Shown: positions 38,570 through 51,334, counted from the whole stretch's first letter. The stretch: 63,810 bases of DNA, filler included, from Sphacelaria rigidula (GCA_964200075.2; 5 parts of 5 records of this genome joined end to end with filler, not necessarily neighbours in it); one strand, 5' to 3'. A program made the numbers and translations. Notes: a model not told the origin generated them from the letters alone.

Positions 38570-41500
38570 GAAAGCTCATCGGGTTGAGCGGAATTTTCGA
38601 CGGTGCTTTCTCGGCGGCAAAGGGGCGGGTGAGACAAAAGACATGCACACGAGCATTCAAGGCAAAAAGGGGGGATGCGGGGGTGTATGGTCTTGCATGC
38701 CGTAGTCATAAGACCACTAACGTCGCATGCCTACAAAGTCGGGAAGGAGCGCGCCGGTTTTTCGCCGGACCAGGCAATCATATCACCAAGCGCGGTGAAT
38801 GCGGGGGGGGTGGGTGGGTGAGGGTTTGATTAGATATCGTCCCACGTGCGACAAAACAGAACAATGACATACACCGACGTTGGTGTGGTGTTCTGGGTCA
38901 CGATCAACAGCAGTCTATGCTTCATGTCTGGTGTCGAATGTTTCACACATCGAACAGCTCCTGAGTTAACTCAGCTATAATACACATGTGGCATAACCCA
39001 TCCAGTGGGAAACGGGTACCGCTGAATTGTACCGTGTGATGAAACTCAGCAGCTGAGTCGTACCAAAATGGGTTTATATGACTTGAGTTGTCCTATTTGT
39101 GGGAATTTTCGACACGAGAAAAGCGTGTTGGCTGCTTCTTGTACCGGAGGAGGCTGTGCTCGTTGCGCCGGGGACGTCGTGCACGGCGATGAGGTTGCAC
39201 GATCGGTGGGACATGCGAGAAAACGCTGAACACGTAGTAGAAAGGAGAAAAAAGTGCCGAAATTTGAGCTTCTGCTACAATGCAAGGATCGGACGAATCA
39301 TCGCCGGTTCGGAATCACAACAATCTACGATTTTTTAGGACTGCTTGCTCGAAATAGAGAAAGAAGTTGACCGCGGGTCAAAGAAGCTGACCGCGGGTCA
39401 AAGAAGTCTCCGCGCAAATGTTTGCGCCCATTTCACGTGCCTGGGGTGCCCGTACCTGGGGTGCGTGCACCGCTGAAAACAAAAATCAAGGGATGGATTC
39501 GAAGGATCGGCAGAATGAATGATTCGTCTGGGAATGACTTGATTTTAGTGCAATTGATTCGTACCGTACGAATCAATCCTTGGGCTTTGTTTACAGCGTT
39601 GCGCCGAAGGTATCCGCGCCCCAGGCACATGAAATGGCGCAAAAATTGCGTCGAGACCTTTTTGACCAGCGGTCATCTTTTTTCTCTCTTTCGAGCGATC
39701 AGGCCTACATATGTGGGATTTGGTGATTCGAACCGGCGATGATTCGTCCGAAGCTTGATGAATTAGTACGGCACGAATCCATACCGCTGAAATCAAGTAA
39801 TATCCAGACGTATCTATTATTTGCCCGACCCTTGTAGTATTGTGGTTATTATTGTATCATTACATTTTTATGTACTGTCTGTACCACGGGTACACTCGTC
39901 TAACTTGTAACCATGGCTGGAGTCGCGGGGGACCCGGCAATGTCGAACTAACGAGCAATCAATCAAGAAACGGTTGAGCATTCACTCGTCAACTTGTGTT
40001 CCGTCTACCGGTGGGCGCGAGCACTTCGCCCCACATTGAATTAAAACCCATCACACAGCAGCGTTGTACACGGTATCGTATACCTCGTGGGAGCGCAGAG
40101 GGGGGAGGGGTCGTAATCAATTGTTGCCTGCCTTAGTCAGTTGACCATTGAAGACGCAGTCCTTTTGAGACGGAGTACGGAGAAGGGGGGGGGAGGGCGC
40201 AAGTAAGCTTCCTCTGTAGCTGATATTCATTGATTGGTTCGGTATGACTTTGATTGATGGAGTGATTGGTTTAATTCGATTGACTTCGCACATTAGGTGA
40301 TCCCCGAGTGACCCAGTCATTATCCACAAGACGAACGGAACATACTCAAGGTAAACAAAATAGAAAGGGAAACGCTCGGTAAATGAAAAAGAAAAATAGT
40401 GACGCAAAAAATGGATCGAAAGGAGTGTACCGAGAATCAAAGCCCACACAAGAATAAGAAAAGCAAAGAAGAAGACAAAGGAAAGGAATGGATCGAAGGA
40501 CCAGGGAAAATGAAGTCAAAACAAAAAAAATGATGATGATTGTGACAGGTTCACGTAAGATTAGCGTACCGTAGGTGCGACCTCCTACGCAAAGTACCGC
40601 CATGCCTATCTCTTGCTGGTGTGCCGCTGCTTGTTTCGCCACATGCACGCACCCTGCACAGTGCTTGCTTGCTGCTCTTTATTGTAGGCAGCTAGCTAGC
40701 TGCGTACCACACGTTGTTCGCATGTTGATTGCTGTGGTTGCTCTGCCTGTTTTTGAAGGGACCGCTTTTATCCCCGTCCCGTTGCGTCTTATGATCCCAT
40801 TCTTGCTGCGATTTGTCGAGGCGATCGATTCAGTATATCTGTGCGGTGCAATTTTTGTGGTTCGGTATATCTGTGCGGTGCAATCTATGTGGTTCATCCT
40901 CGATCCATGGCACCCCAGATCATAGTATGCTTGATCCTCCGCGTGAAAGCTATGGTCCGACACGGTGAACCTTGGAGTATGAAACGATAAAGTTTAGAGC
41001 ATTGTGATCTCCAGTCAGTCACTGCGAACGTCTGTGACTTGCTTGTAATTCACGACGAATTGTGCCGGCGTGGTGAAGGTCCCTGAATGCGACGCGGTCA
41101 AATTGTACCGTTGAAGTATGACCTCGTATTAATATGTGTTGGCTCTACCTCCGAATGTCCATCCTGCAGTACTTTCATCCCATTTTTTCACCTTCGCTCT
41201 AATTGGCGACTATCGTATCTGTTTATCTTCTCAGCGATTATGTCACTTCCACTCAAATCCAGATCCACGATGTAGGTCTGTCTGACGTGTACACTTGAGT
41301 CATTTTCCAGCGGAAGCATGGATCCTTTTTATTCAGTACATGTTTCAGTTGACGTTTGATTTTTGAATGCGTGAATACACCATCCCCGCGATACTGAAGA
41401 TCCCTCAAATGCGTCGTATTCTTAAGAAGATCCTCTCTTTTTGCACGTGAAGTCATTTACTTGGAGTCCATCGGGCATGTGCCACCCATGCGAATGACTG

Positions 41501-44500
41501 GCACGTTTAATGCTTTTTCGAATCGTTTGGCCGCGAAGGGGTCTGCATTTGAGTCCCATGCACGCCAATGCATAAGTTTTTTGTATCGATATTTTTTCCC
41601 GGTTGCTTCTGCAGTTAGAATCCCGGACTCTTTTCCGGTGAACGAGTTTTAGTTCAACCGTTTGACCCTCAGGGTGTCTATCGAAGCCCTCAGGGTGTCT
41701 ATCGGAATCACTTTGACTCAAATAATGAATGAATAAGACACCCAGATGAGCCACCCCAGCGGTCAAAGGGTTGAATCGTACGAATTCATTCTCCTGCAGT
41801 AAAGATCCGAAAATAGTATAAACTTTGGACTTTGAACCTTGAAAAGCGCCCGAGAAGGATAAACCCCAGTGGGGCTCCCGTCAATCCATAGTTGACACAT
41901 TTTACAACTATCGTTAACCCGAACCAGAACCCGAACCTGAACCTCAGGCATACCGAGAACCCTCGGGCAAGTGGGATGCACAGGGTTCCCACGCAAAGTG
42001 TGCGTTGGTAGACCTAAAATCAGCGCTCTAGGCGCCGGTGGCGTCGATTTCAAAACGCAACCGCGTTCTAAGCACGTTAGGAGCACACGGGACTGTCACC
42101 CCCCACTAAAGATCCGATCCTCGTTGTTCACACTCCAACCACGTTATATCAACCATATGGCTAAATTGTAGTGCATTCGGGGGGGGTACAGTTTGTTGGA
42201 GCGCCTAGTCGTGCAGGCGACCCTCTCGTTGACGGACACTGTTGTGGAAGGTCCTCGAAATGGTTGCTGTGATGAAAGGGAAAACGCCTACTTGGGAACA
42301 GGGAGCTCGGGGCTCGCGAGGCCGTAGCCACTTACATGCCCATGTCATATCGATGCAGTACAGCACGGAGAAGTTTCCGTTAAATACAGAGATGTTGTGA
42401 ATGCGGCCGGTGTAATGACGGAGTCTTCGGTAAAAAAATCTGCGAGTTCCGTGCTCTATGGTACAGGCACCCCGCAAAACTCCAATACCCCCGCCGAACC
42501 ATGGATATAGATTCTGCACCTGCCACACTAAAAAAAACTGTTTGTATTTCTGTCTGATCGGACGCCCGACGGCCATCCAAGGGCCATTTACCGTGTCGGC
42601 GCCTGCGGCCTGCTGAGTTTTCTCGCAGTCAAGTGGAAGATGATGTTGTAGGCGAGGAAGATCCTGGCGGCGCGCTTGAGCGGTCCAGTATCACGATTTT
42701 GCCTGTATCCTTTTCGACCAATAGTATCGCAGCAATCTTCTTACTCGTACGCTATTGTCATTCTTCAACAACCTGGCGGGACGCAAGATCGCAGTTGGTT
42801 TGAAGACCCTAGAAGCTTCAACGTATACAGTTGCCATACTCCAAATGTCCACGGCACTGTCAGGGCGGATTATCGGAACAGAAACTATTGGGTGCTCAAG
42901 GTGTTGACCCGCTGGACACCAGATATGACCCACCGATCCCATATCGACCGCTGGAAGTGTACAGTGTGAACAGCAACTGCTTTGGTAACGCAACATGTAT
43001 GGGTGAGAGACTGTAAACCACGCAATACTACGTCGCCATTGTGGACGGTGCTCGCAATGCACAAGAGCAGCTGGTCAGCTGTCTAGTATCGGGGATACCA
43101 GCGTTGTGAAAGCTCGGCCGGATATTATTCCGAAAAGAGGTGTGGCGCCCGAAGGGTGAAAAAGATGCTTGGTTCAAAAATAGCGCCCGTATGCTCTGCG
43201 TGGTGCACCTTCTCACGATTGCTCCCCGTGCGTTTTTTCATGTGTGTTTATCCGGGGCCGTGGGGGGGGGGGGGTCCAAACTATTCTTCGCAGGCATGGA
43301 AGGTTATGTTCCTGTCCGGATTCACGGCCGGAGGCATTGCTGCCGGAATCATGTACCCCGGTAAGACTTCGGGCTTTTTTTTTCGGAGATTGTTATATTA
43401 TGTCTTTTAATTATTCATGCTCCCATGTGTTGTCCCGTGACGAACATTTGAACCGCTTGATGACCTCTTTTTTTTTCGTGATGACGTTTCGGAACAGTTT
43501 TGGACCTCCTCGCGGTTGTTGTGTATTGCCGCTGCTCTCCGATTGTGTAAATTGAAATAGTACAACTGAGGCCATTAGGATGGGAAGAACGCGGGTTCAA
43601 TTCCCGTCAGGTGCGTTTAGGTTTTTGCTGAGTCTTATTGAAGTACGATATCTCATTTCCGCGGTTGAAAACGGGAGAACTTGAGTGGCAAAAAGAGCTT
43701 GTTTGACGAGAGTGAACGTGGTGCGGGAGGATTGATCATGATCCAATTCGCAAGATCGAAATCCGAGGCGTATACCGGAGAGAGATGGGTTGATCCCTTG
43801 AGACCACGGAGTCGTCCCGAAGAAGGGGAAGGGGTGTTATCCAAAGTGTGATGAGAAGAAAAAAACAAGTGCTTCGCTTGTTTTTTGTCGCTCGCACTTC
43901 TTCCTCAACAATTGACAGAAAAACTGATGGGAAAATTTATCCATATACATATCCATATATATAATTAGTTGACCACCTTCTACTTTATTTTAGTGTGTTA
44001 ACCCGTAACCACGGAAGGCATCCGCATCAGATGCCTATTTAATAGTACGGTAATAAGAAGTGCTGCGCAAATATCGGAACGGCTTTTGATGTGAAGATAA
44101 CAACTAACAACAGATTGTTGTGTTTGATATGAATTGCGAGTTGATAAAGAGTTTCGGAAAACGTTCTTTCCATCGTAGAGTCAGGGGAAAGAAAAAAAGC
44201 CGGTAGAGGTGCACTTTCCGCTCTGTTTTTTTTTCATGTAGCGTTTTTTTCAGAGTCAGATTGCCGGTTGCACCTCTTCACTCTGAAAACCCTTGTTCCT
44301 CTCCAGAGTTCACAGCAGAACGAAAAAGAGCCGCGCCCACCTTCACCACCATGGTCACGGCTAGTCCAAAATCAGTACACCCTAACAAGCGAAGCGGAAC
44401 ATCCATCACAACTGCCATGCCCGTCACAATGTGCCATTCACGAAGCAGAAAAGCTTGGTATCGCAATCAGGAGACCTCCCTGACGCCGCCATGGTATCAG

Positions 44501-47500
44501 CATTCGCTTGATTGTGTTGTGTGAAAATTCAAATGCTCGGCGGGTACACGACGTTGCCTTGGGTGCAGTTCCTCACTCTTGCCAGCTTCAGCTGTAAGAA
44601 GACGGTGTGAACGATTCGTAGTCTACAGCGCACAAGCAGTACTACACCTGGCTGCATTGCCATCCCGTTAGAGATAATGACGTCTTGCACCACCGTTATG
44701 GTGGCATCTTGGAAAATCATCGCAAGGCGGCCTTGTCTGTTGCCTGTAAGTGCGGCGTACTGTACTACTGTACAACTGTCTGTACGGTATCGCTGTAGTT
44801 CACCATACCGCAATGCACTGCTGTAGGGTTTTGCATTGCTCTCTCTGTACTGCACTGTCTGTAGTCCACAATACACAGCACTACTAAGTGCCCTGTAGTG
44901 CGCCGTAGTGCATTGAAGTACTGCAGGTGCAGTGAAGCGTAGTGTAGGGTACGTCGGGTCCCGCAGGGTACGGTACAGTCAGTGCTGTGCCGGCCTGTGC
45001 ATTTTCGAACCGGACGCTGGCCGTTCGTACAATTGACGGAGCAACCTGCGGCCAATCACTGCGACAAAAAAATCACGTCAAGCCACGTCACATGAACTTC
45101 CGCTGGGAACTTCTTCGCGTCCACTCTGAAGTTTCGAAACTTCCACTCTGGACTCTGACTCCATGCTGAGAAACAGCTCCCGAAACTCTCTAATGTTGAA
45201 TGTGGTTGATCGGGATCGCCAAGTTCTCTTGTTTTGTTATTTTGAAATTGGGGGTTGAGAAACGATGTATACATAGTTTATAGAGAACACTTAGCAAATT
45301 TAATCTGATTCTTGAGGGTCGGAGGGTTTTGCTCTTGCTTCATCATGATAATGGTTATTATTTTTCAAACCGAATGCATTATTTATTCTGTGTGCTTCTA
45401 AATGTTTCTCGCCTTCCTCTGTTGGCTGTTTCATCTATGTGTGTGGATGGTATGCTCCTTGCACTCTGTGATCACGGGTTCGACAAATTGAGCAAGTGTG
45501 ATGAAAATAATAATAATAAATCGAAAGTATATTGCATGTGGAAATGCCCACGCCCAAGGCTACTTCAGTGGTCACTCGAATCATTCACGTGTGTGTAAAT
45601 ATTGTTAGCTGCGAGGGTCCCAGTAGCCCAGTTCGCTATTGTAGTGTTCGAAGCCGTTCGTGATTCAAAACGGGTATCGCGAAAAATCGTGAAAATATGG
45701 CGTATTTCACGAGACGTCAAAACGTGAAGCTCTCGTAGCTCAGTTGGTTAGAGCGGTTGCTTAGTAAGCAGCAGGTCCATGGTTCAACTCCGTGCGGGAG
45801 CTTTCCTTTTTTCACGCTTCTCTCTTCCTCCCCTCCCCTCCCCCTCCTTTTCTTCTTCTCCATCTTCTAGTTTATTCACTTTGTTCGTCCCCCCCCCCTC
45901 CCCTTTTCTTCTCAGCGAGTGTTTCAGTTTTCCTTCTTCCGGGGTGCGTCGATTCGATCTTGTTCATCATTAGTTTTTTTTTGTGCACTCACTTCTAGCT
46001 CACCCCCTTCCTTCTTCGGGATGAGTCCGTGATCTCAAAGGATTAACCCATCTCTCCCTCGATACACGCCTTGCTTTTTGGTCTCGCGGATTAGACCATG
46101 ACCAACACTGGCGCACCACGACGATTGTCGTCTACCAAACTTAGCCAAACGGACTATTTTCTCTTCGTTTATTTTCTACTCGCGCGTGCTCTTACGCTTC
46201 CAGCGACGGAAATCAGATACGAGCTGGGCCAGCTGACAGTGATTTGCGAATGTATACGGGCCACCAAAAAAAAAAACAGAAAGTTGGAGCGATTTGAAGT
46301 TTCTGCAAAAACTAAAAAATGCTATAACTCCGTGAAAGTAAAGAAATGCGGGGGGGCATCCCTAGTGTAATTGCGCGTCCTTGTGTAGAAGAGATCCTGG
46401 TGCAATTTCGGCCAAATATTCCAGAAAGTTGGCGCAGCATCCAACTTTTCGTGTGGCACGGCTGCGCTGGTTTCATCCAAGTGATACAGTTGACTCTAGT
46501 TATGCAGGTCACGAGTTCGAATCCCGACGGTTTTTTTTTTGTTCCGTCGGTTAGGTGATACATTATTTAGTACATTTTTTTCCTTTTTTTTTTCATTCAG
46601 CGGCGGTCCCGTGCGTTACCGTCACCGCGTTGGTCTGCAGGTCACACCGATATACTCAAGTCGGGCTGACTTGGTGAACTTGATGAGTTATGGTATGACA
46701 TGCAAATGCAGGATTTACTGCTGGCCCAGCTCGTACTTCTGGGAACAAGAGCCAAACTAGACGCATCGGGCTGAAATCGAACACAAGTTTCCCCCGCCCT
46801 AATGGTCCCATTTGTGCGCTTGACCATGAGACCACCCGCCGGGCGCACAGTGGATAACCCAAAATATGATAATCGATCGAATCAACCGTGTCAATCAAAG
46901 TATTCGCATGTGTATGGGGGTATGGGGTCGTACTTATACATGTACATGTTGAAACGGCCTACCCCCCCCCTCCGCTAAGAGATAGCTTTCCGATCATTTG
47001 AAACCGGGCACGTGGGTGTATTTTGGTTGTTCAGGAGGAATCCACAATGTATCTCGTCGTTGGCGTTTTCTTCAAGAACAGTCAAGATGAATTGCTCTTA
47101 GTGTCATGAGTGTGGATATCATCGCTGCTTTACCGATTATCGACGACACGGGGGTAATTATACGAGGACGTTTTGTGTGTGTGTATTTACGAAGGCACCT
47201 GTTGAAGCTTTCGTCGGAAGGATTAAAGAGGTACACTCCGATGAAGTGAGTTGCGTTTATGACAGAATGCATTCTCATGTATCGGCAGAAGCTGCGCGAG
47301 AGTCAGACGCTACGGGTATTGTAGTATTGTTGAGGGGCCATGACGTTCCATGGTCTTGTATTAATTTACGCTCCTGCGGATAAGTTTTTTCCTTAATCTC
47401 TTTTTCAAATTTGGTGGCATCCTTCCCCCCCCCAAAAAAAAGAATGAAAGTTGGAAAAAAAAAACACGACCACGCTTTTCAATTTTTTCCTTTCCTTCCA

Positions 47501-50500
47501 ATTTTTTGGAATTTTTTCGTCTTTTGTTCGTCTTTTGTTTCTCTGTTTTATTCGACAACGATGGGTGGACGATGAATACTTACACATACGGACATCTACA
47601 GAGGGTGTAAGCCAGCTCGGGGCGCCCGCGCTGTCCGCGACGGGATTCGTTGTGTCCGGCTTTCTCGTGGGCCTGGGGACGAGGCTGGGCAGTGGCTGCA
47701 CAAGCGGGCACGGACTTTGCGGACTTCCAAGACTCTCTCGGCGTAGCATCATTGCGACGCTCACGTTCCTCACCAGGTACGTCCTCCGGCATCGTTTCGG
47801 AAGAGTATTTACGGCATCGTTTCGGAAAGGCCTTCACAATATATTTTCGGAACAGTATCTACGCCTGCTGACACTCCAAGTGTTGGCTTTTTTTTCAGGG
47901 GGGAAAATATGTGCGGATTCCTCGATCGTCAGAGAACGCTTTTCCGAAATCGTTCATGCCTGTTTCCGGGATTTTTTGCTTGCGTTACGTGAAGTGCAGT
48001 TACGATCCGTAGTCTCTTGAGGAATCAACGTATAATAGTCTCTCCTCCGAGGCCTGACAATATTTTTCATCGAGCATCGGACCGGGGAAGAGTTGGGCTG
48101 ATCTCTTGGAAACTGCAGATTCGCCCCCAAGAATGGATAGGGATTGCAAAAATATAACGAAAGAAGAACTGAAGAAAAGAAGGATCAGCTCTCACCGCAG
48201 GCCGGTCGACAATTCGGTATTTTTTGCTCTATCAACCATTTCATCGCCAGAGTGGGTCGTCCGGCTCATACAGTAATCGTTTTTCGAGTGAACACGAGGC
48301 CGATCTAACGGGTGACTTCTCTGCCCCGGCGGTCAACGACGGGTTATCGCTCCTCGATTTCTCGCGCTGTCGACCATTTTTGTCGAGGAATGGTATATTT
48401 TTCGATTCGTTTCATTTTATTTTAGTTCATTCCATTTCATTTTCATCGTAATAGTGCTTTGCGGTCTGCGTCATATTCTCTTGACTATTGAATGTTATTC
48501 AAATTTCCAACATATTTTTTCTCCGTTTTTTATGCCGTCGCCGCCCAACTAACTTTTCCATCCTGTCCGTTTCACTCATTTGTCACTGCATTTTTTTCGC
48601 GATGGATTTTTTATATTTTCACCTGATTTCGCTTCGTTTATCGTACATGCGTGTGAATATATCGATACGGCAGTGGTGTAGCGACGGCAAGCGTGATGGC
48701 TGCTTGGTCCGCCTCTGGCCCGGCCCGCCTAAACCCGGTCCTCTCCGAGGTGAGACTACCGCAGGTGCCGTACGGCGGGTATCACCCCGGTCGAAAAGTA
48801 CCTCAAACTCGACTAGTAGCAGCAGTTCAATCATCATCGTTCTGAGTATGGTTCAAAGTATCATCATTTTGGTTGCCATCGAGATCGAATGTTATCTCAA
48901 GTCTACTTGAAAAAAAAACGTAGTGAATGATGAAAATGATTTATTTACTCTTGGCAAGTGTTGAGTAATTTTTTAGTAATTTTTTGTCCGCCTTTTCTAT
49001 TTTTATACTGTGATATTGCCATGTTATTTGTAAGTATGTTCGAGCCACCTATTTTTTCAATTCTTCCTCGTATCCCCTTGTATCATTTCCTTCATTTCCA
49101 TCGAGCGCGACTATTCGTGTGTCTTCTCCCCATCTTCTTCTCCGTCTCCTCGTGAACGGTATCAACCAGACCGAAGCCCCTTCCGTGATGGTCAGGGGCG
49201 TTGCCTTGGCCACCGCTGTCGCCGGTGTGGTCCTCACCATGGCCAAAAAGTGAGTTACCCTACAAAAGTGCCGAGGATGTGCCGGGTAGAGTATTTCCGC
49301 CATTTGGATATTTTGAAAAATCGTACACCAAGTACCCGACACTCGGGTAGAGTACTGATATCGTGCTCAACAATCACCAGATATTGGGTGGAGTATTGCG
49401 AACGTGCCTAACTCTACCCACTGTTCGCGTAGAATAGCAACACAAAAATCCGCGAGAGTTCAAGTACCCTGGTATTTACCCTACCCAACACACATACCCT
49501 TGAAAAAAGTGCATAACGTTTTGGCGTGTTTTTTTTTCATGTCTTGCAAAGATCGAGTTGAGTCGTCGGTAACTTCGCCCCGTCATTTTCCAACTTGAAA
49601 AGCTTTGCTCGTGTAGAAATCCAATCAGAGCGCTGTTGAGAACACCCTCGCGACAATGTTTTTATGGACACGCGCGTAACCGGAAAAAATGAACGGTAAC
49701 AACAGCGGTAGTATTCAACGTATAATAATAGTGCTACTTCGACGGAATAATCCTTGATTAATGCGTTTGTTTGTTTGTTTGTTTGTTTGTTTGTTTTTCT
49801 TTTATTATTTTCTCTCCCCGTTTGAGCCACTTCTAATCGGTTTTCGTGGCGTATCCCTTCTTATTTTTATTTTTGGCAATATGTCTTGTAAGGAATAGCA
49901 AGGACGGTATTGGAAAGACGACCCTACGTCTGTGACCACGGGTTCGTGAGATCGGACTAATGCGCGGAAATTATATTTATAAATATAATTGTAATTATAA
50001 TAGTATTAGTAATAGTAATAATAATAATAATCGCACATAAACCGACTGATCCTTCAGGGTTCCGATCGTGGTCACGCTGGATGTAGACACGCAGTACTGT
50101 ATTGTGCGTTTTTGTACAAGGTGATGAGGACGCTGGACCCGCTTGGTCAACAAGCGGCTGGCTATTTTCATTTACAGTACTGTCGATTGTCCCAGATATA
50201 CACCATAACTGTAGGTGGGTCTGTTCGCTACAGAGTTTGAAGGGTTGTTGCCGGGTGATGAGTATGTGTAGCTCTCTCTCTATATATATATATGATTAAA
50301 CTTCAACCACTTCCAACAGGGCACTGCGTTGTCATCGCCCACAAATAACAAGAGCGAGAACAAGACGAATAACAGCAACCGTACGCACCTCCCGTCGTCC
50401 TTGTGCCCGCGTTTTTCGAGTAGGGCGGAACGGGCACAGTGGAGGGCACATCTGGCTTCTATGCTTTGCGGGGCTAACTTCGCCGGTGGTTTGGTGCTCT

Positions 50501-50546
50501 CAGGCATGGTTAAGCGTGCGAAAGTCGCCGATTTCCTTGCTTTCAG
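38570..50546 (+). CDS. YeeE/YedE-family (thiosulfate/sulfur transporter) membrane protein, two-domain fusion, partial
   Basis: Exons 38570-38628, 43294-43360, 47602-47776, 48674-48749, 49170-49249, 50424-50546; GT-AG and phase-consistent. Motifs [56 protein letters not shown], and second-domain [23 protein letters not shown]. Confidence 0.9.
38680..38795 (-). mobile_element. SINE-like family A 3' tail fragment
   Basis: tcttgcatgccgtagtcataagacc..cctacaaagtcgggaaggagcgcgccgg, with G-runs on both sides. Confidence 0.75.
39289..39751. mobile_element. Palindromic (foldback) MITE-like element, ~460 nt
   Basis: Perfect 23-nt inverted ends tcggacgaatcatcgccggttcg / cgaaccggcgatgattcgtccga; pairing continues inward (catttcacgtgcctgggg / ccccaggcacatgaaatg). 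Confidence 0.85.
42550..43100 (-). pseudogene. Possible decayed Ty3/Gypsy RT-RNase H remnant
   Basis: Minus-strand remnants [14 protein letters not shown] and [21 protein letters not shown] loosely resemble FxLxTDASxYGIGAVL and PIAFASRxL..ELLAIVW. Confidence 0.3.
43545..43840 (+). mobile_element. tRNA-derived SINE family C
   Basis: T-arm-like gcgggttcaattcccgt head, then agatgggttgatcccttgagaccacggagtcgtcccgaagaagggg. The same core recurs at ~4185-4215, ~9540-9600, ~24775-24815, ~46003-46070 and ~54215-54470. Confidence 0.65.
45729..45802 (+). tRNA. trnT: tRNA-Thr (anticodon AGT)
   Basis: Full cloverleaf: acceptor GCTCTCG/CGGGAGC, D-arm GCTC/GAGC, anticodon stem GTTGC/GCAGC with loop TTAGTAA, T-arm CATGG-TTCAACT-CCGTG; followed by an oligo-T Pol III terminator. 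Confidence 0.93.
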
Positions 50547-50619
50547 GTAACGCCATCCAGGATTCCGGCGTATCTGCTGTCGTTCAGTGTGTTGTGTGTA
50601 TGTTTGATCGTGTGCGGAA

Positions 50620-51029
50620 CCCCCGTGAGCCTGTTCCGGCGAGAACCCGGCGTGCTCTGTCCCGGCTTTGTAGGGGCGGACCCCCGGCGGGTTTGGCGTC
50701 GGTTGGCGGTGACGCTGTAGAACACGCGCACTCACTGCGTAAGCTGGGCAACCAGGTTACCGTATTTTTTTGCACGCTTGCGTTTTTTCGCGGTAACCAT
50801 GATGGTAGTCGCGCTGGATCATGTTGTTCGGTGTGGGGGAACCTCAACCCCGCACAATGGGGATGATCGTACTACGTAGTGGTGTTTAAATGGTGAGGCA
50901 CCCGTGCAGTGTATAAGCCGTGGCTGTCTCTGGCAGTGACGATACCAGGAAATAAAGCAACTCATTGTAGGCTGTCATCCAAATGCAAGATAATCAGTAG
51001 GCTTCGGGCCGAAGAATCTTAGCAGGATG
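50620..51029 (+). mobile_element. SINE-like family A: a 3' fragment followed by a copy with intact head, cut by contig end
   Basis: cccggcgtgctctgtcccggctttgtagggg, then head ggtttggcgtcggttggc..gggcaaccaggttacc and body. Confidence 0.85.
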
Positions 51030-51129
51030 NNNNNNNNNNNNNNNNNNNNNNNNNNNNNNNNNNNNNNNNNNNNTTAATTAATTAANNNNNNNNNNNNNNN
51101 NNNNNNNNNNNNNNNNNNNNNNNNNNNNN
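51030..51129. other. Artificial contig spacer
   Basis: N44-TTAATTAATTAA-N44. Confidence 0.97.
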
Positions 51130-51159
51130 CCCCCCTCCCGTGCTTTGTCTCAAAAGAAA

Positions 51160-51215
51160 TGCGTGGTCAAGGGTCAAACGACGGAGGCAAGTGACAAAAT
51201 GAGTACACCCCCCCT
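51160..51215 (+). mobile_element. Isolated LINE 3' tail
   Basis: atgcgtggtcaagggtcaaacgacggaggcaag..atgagtacaccccccc. Confidence 0.7.
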
Positions 51216-51334
51216 TCAACCTGCTTCTTTTCCTGAAACATCGCTTGAAGAAACGAGCCTCATCTTACCAGCATCAATATCATCATGGAAATTCCTCCCT
51301 TTGTTCCCCAAAACAAACAAATGGACGGGCGCAG

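Noticed and set aside
43545-43615. Second tRNA gene
   Set aside because: Only a T-arm-like motif, directly followed by a dispersed repeat body; treated as a SINE head.
44750-44990. tactgtac/gcactg-rich stretch
   Set aside because: Degenerate low-complexity sequence without defined period or ends.
46455-46540. tRNA-like segment with ctctagt loop (possible amber suppressor) and gagttcgaatcc
   Set aside because: Anticodon and acceptor stems do not pair and there is no proper D-arm; likely a decayed tRNA-derived repeat head.
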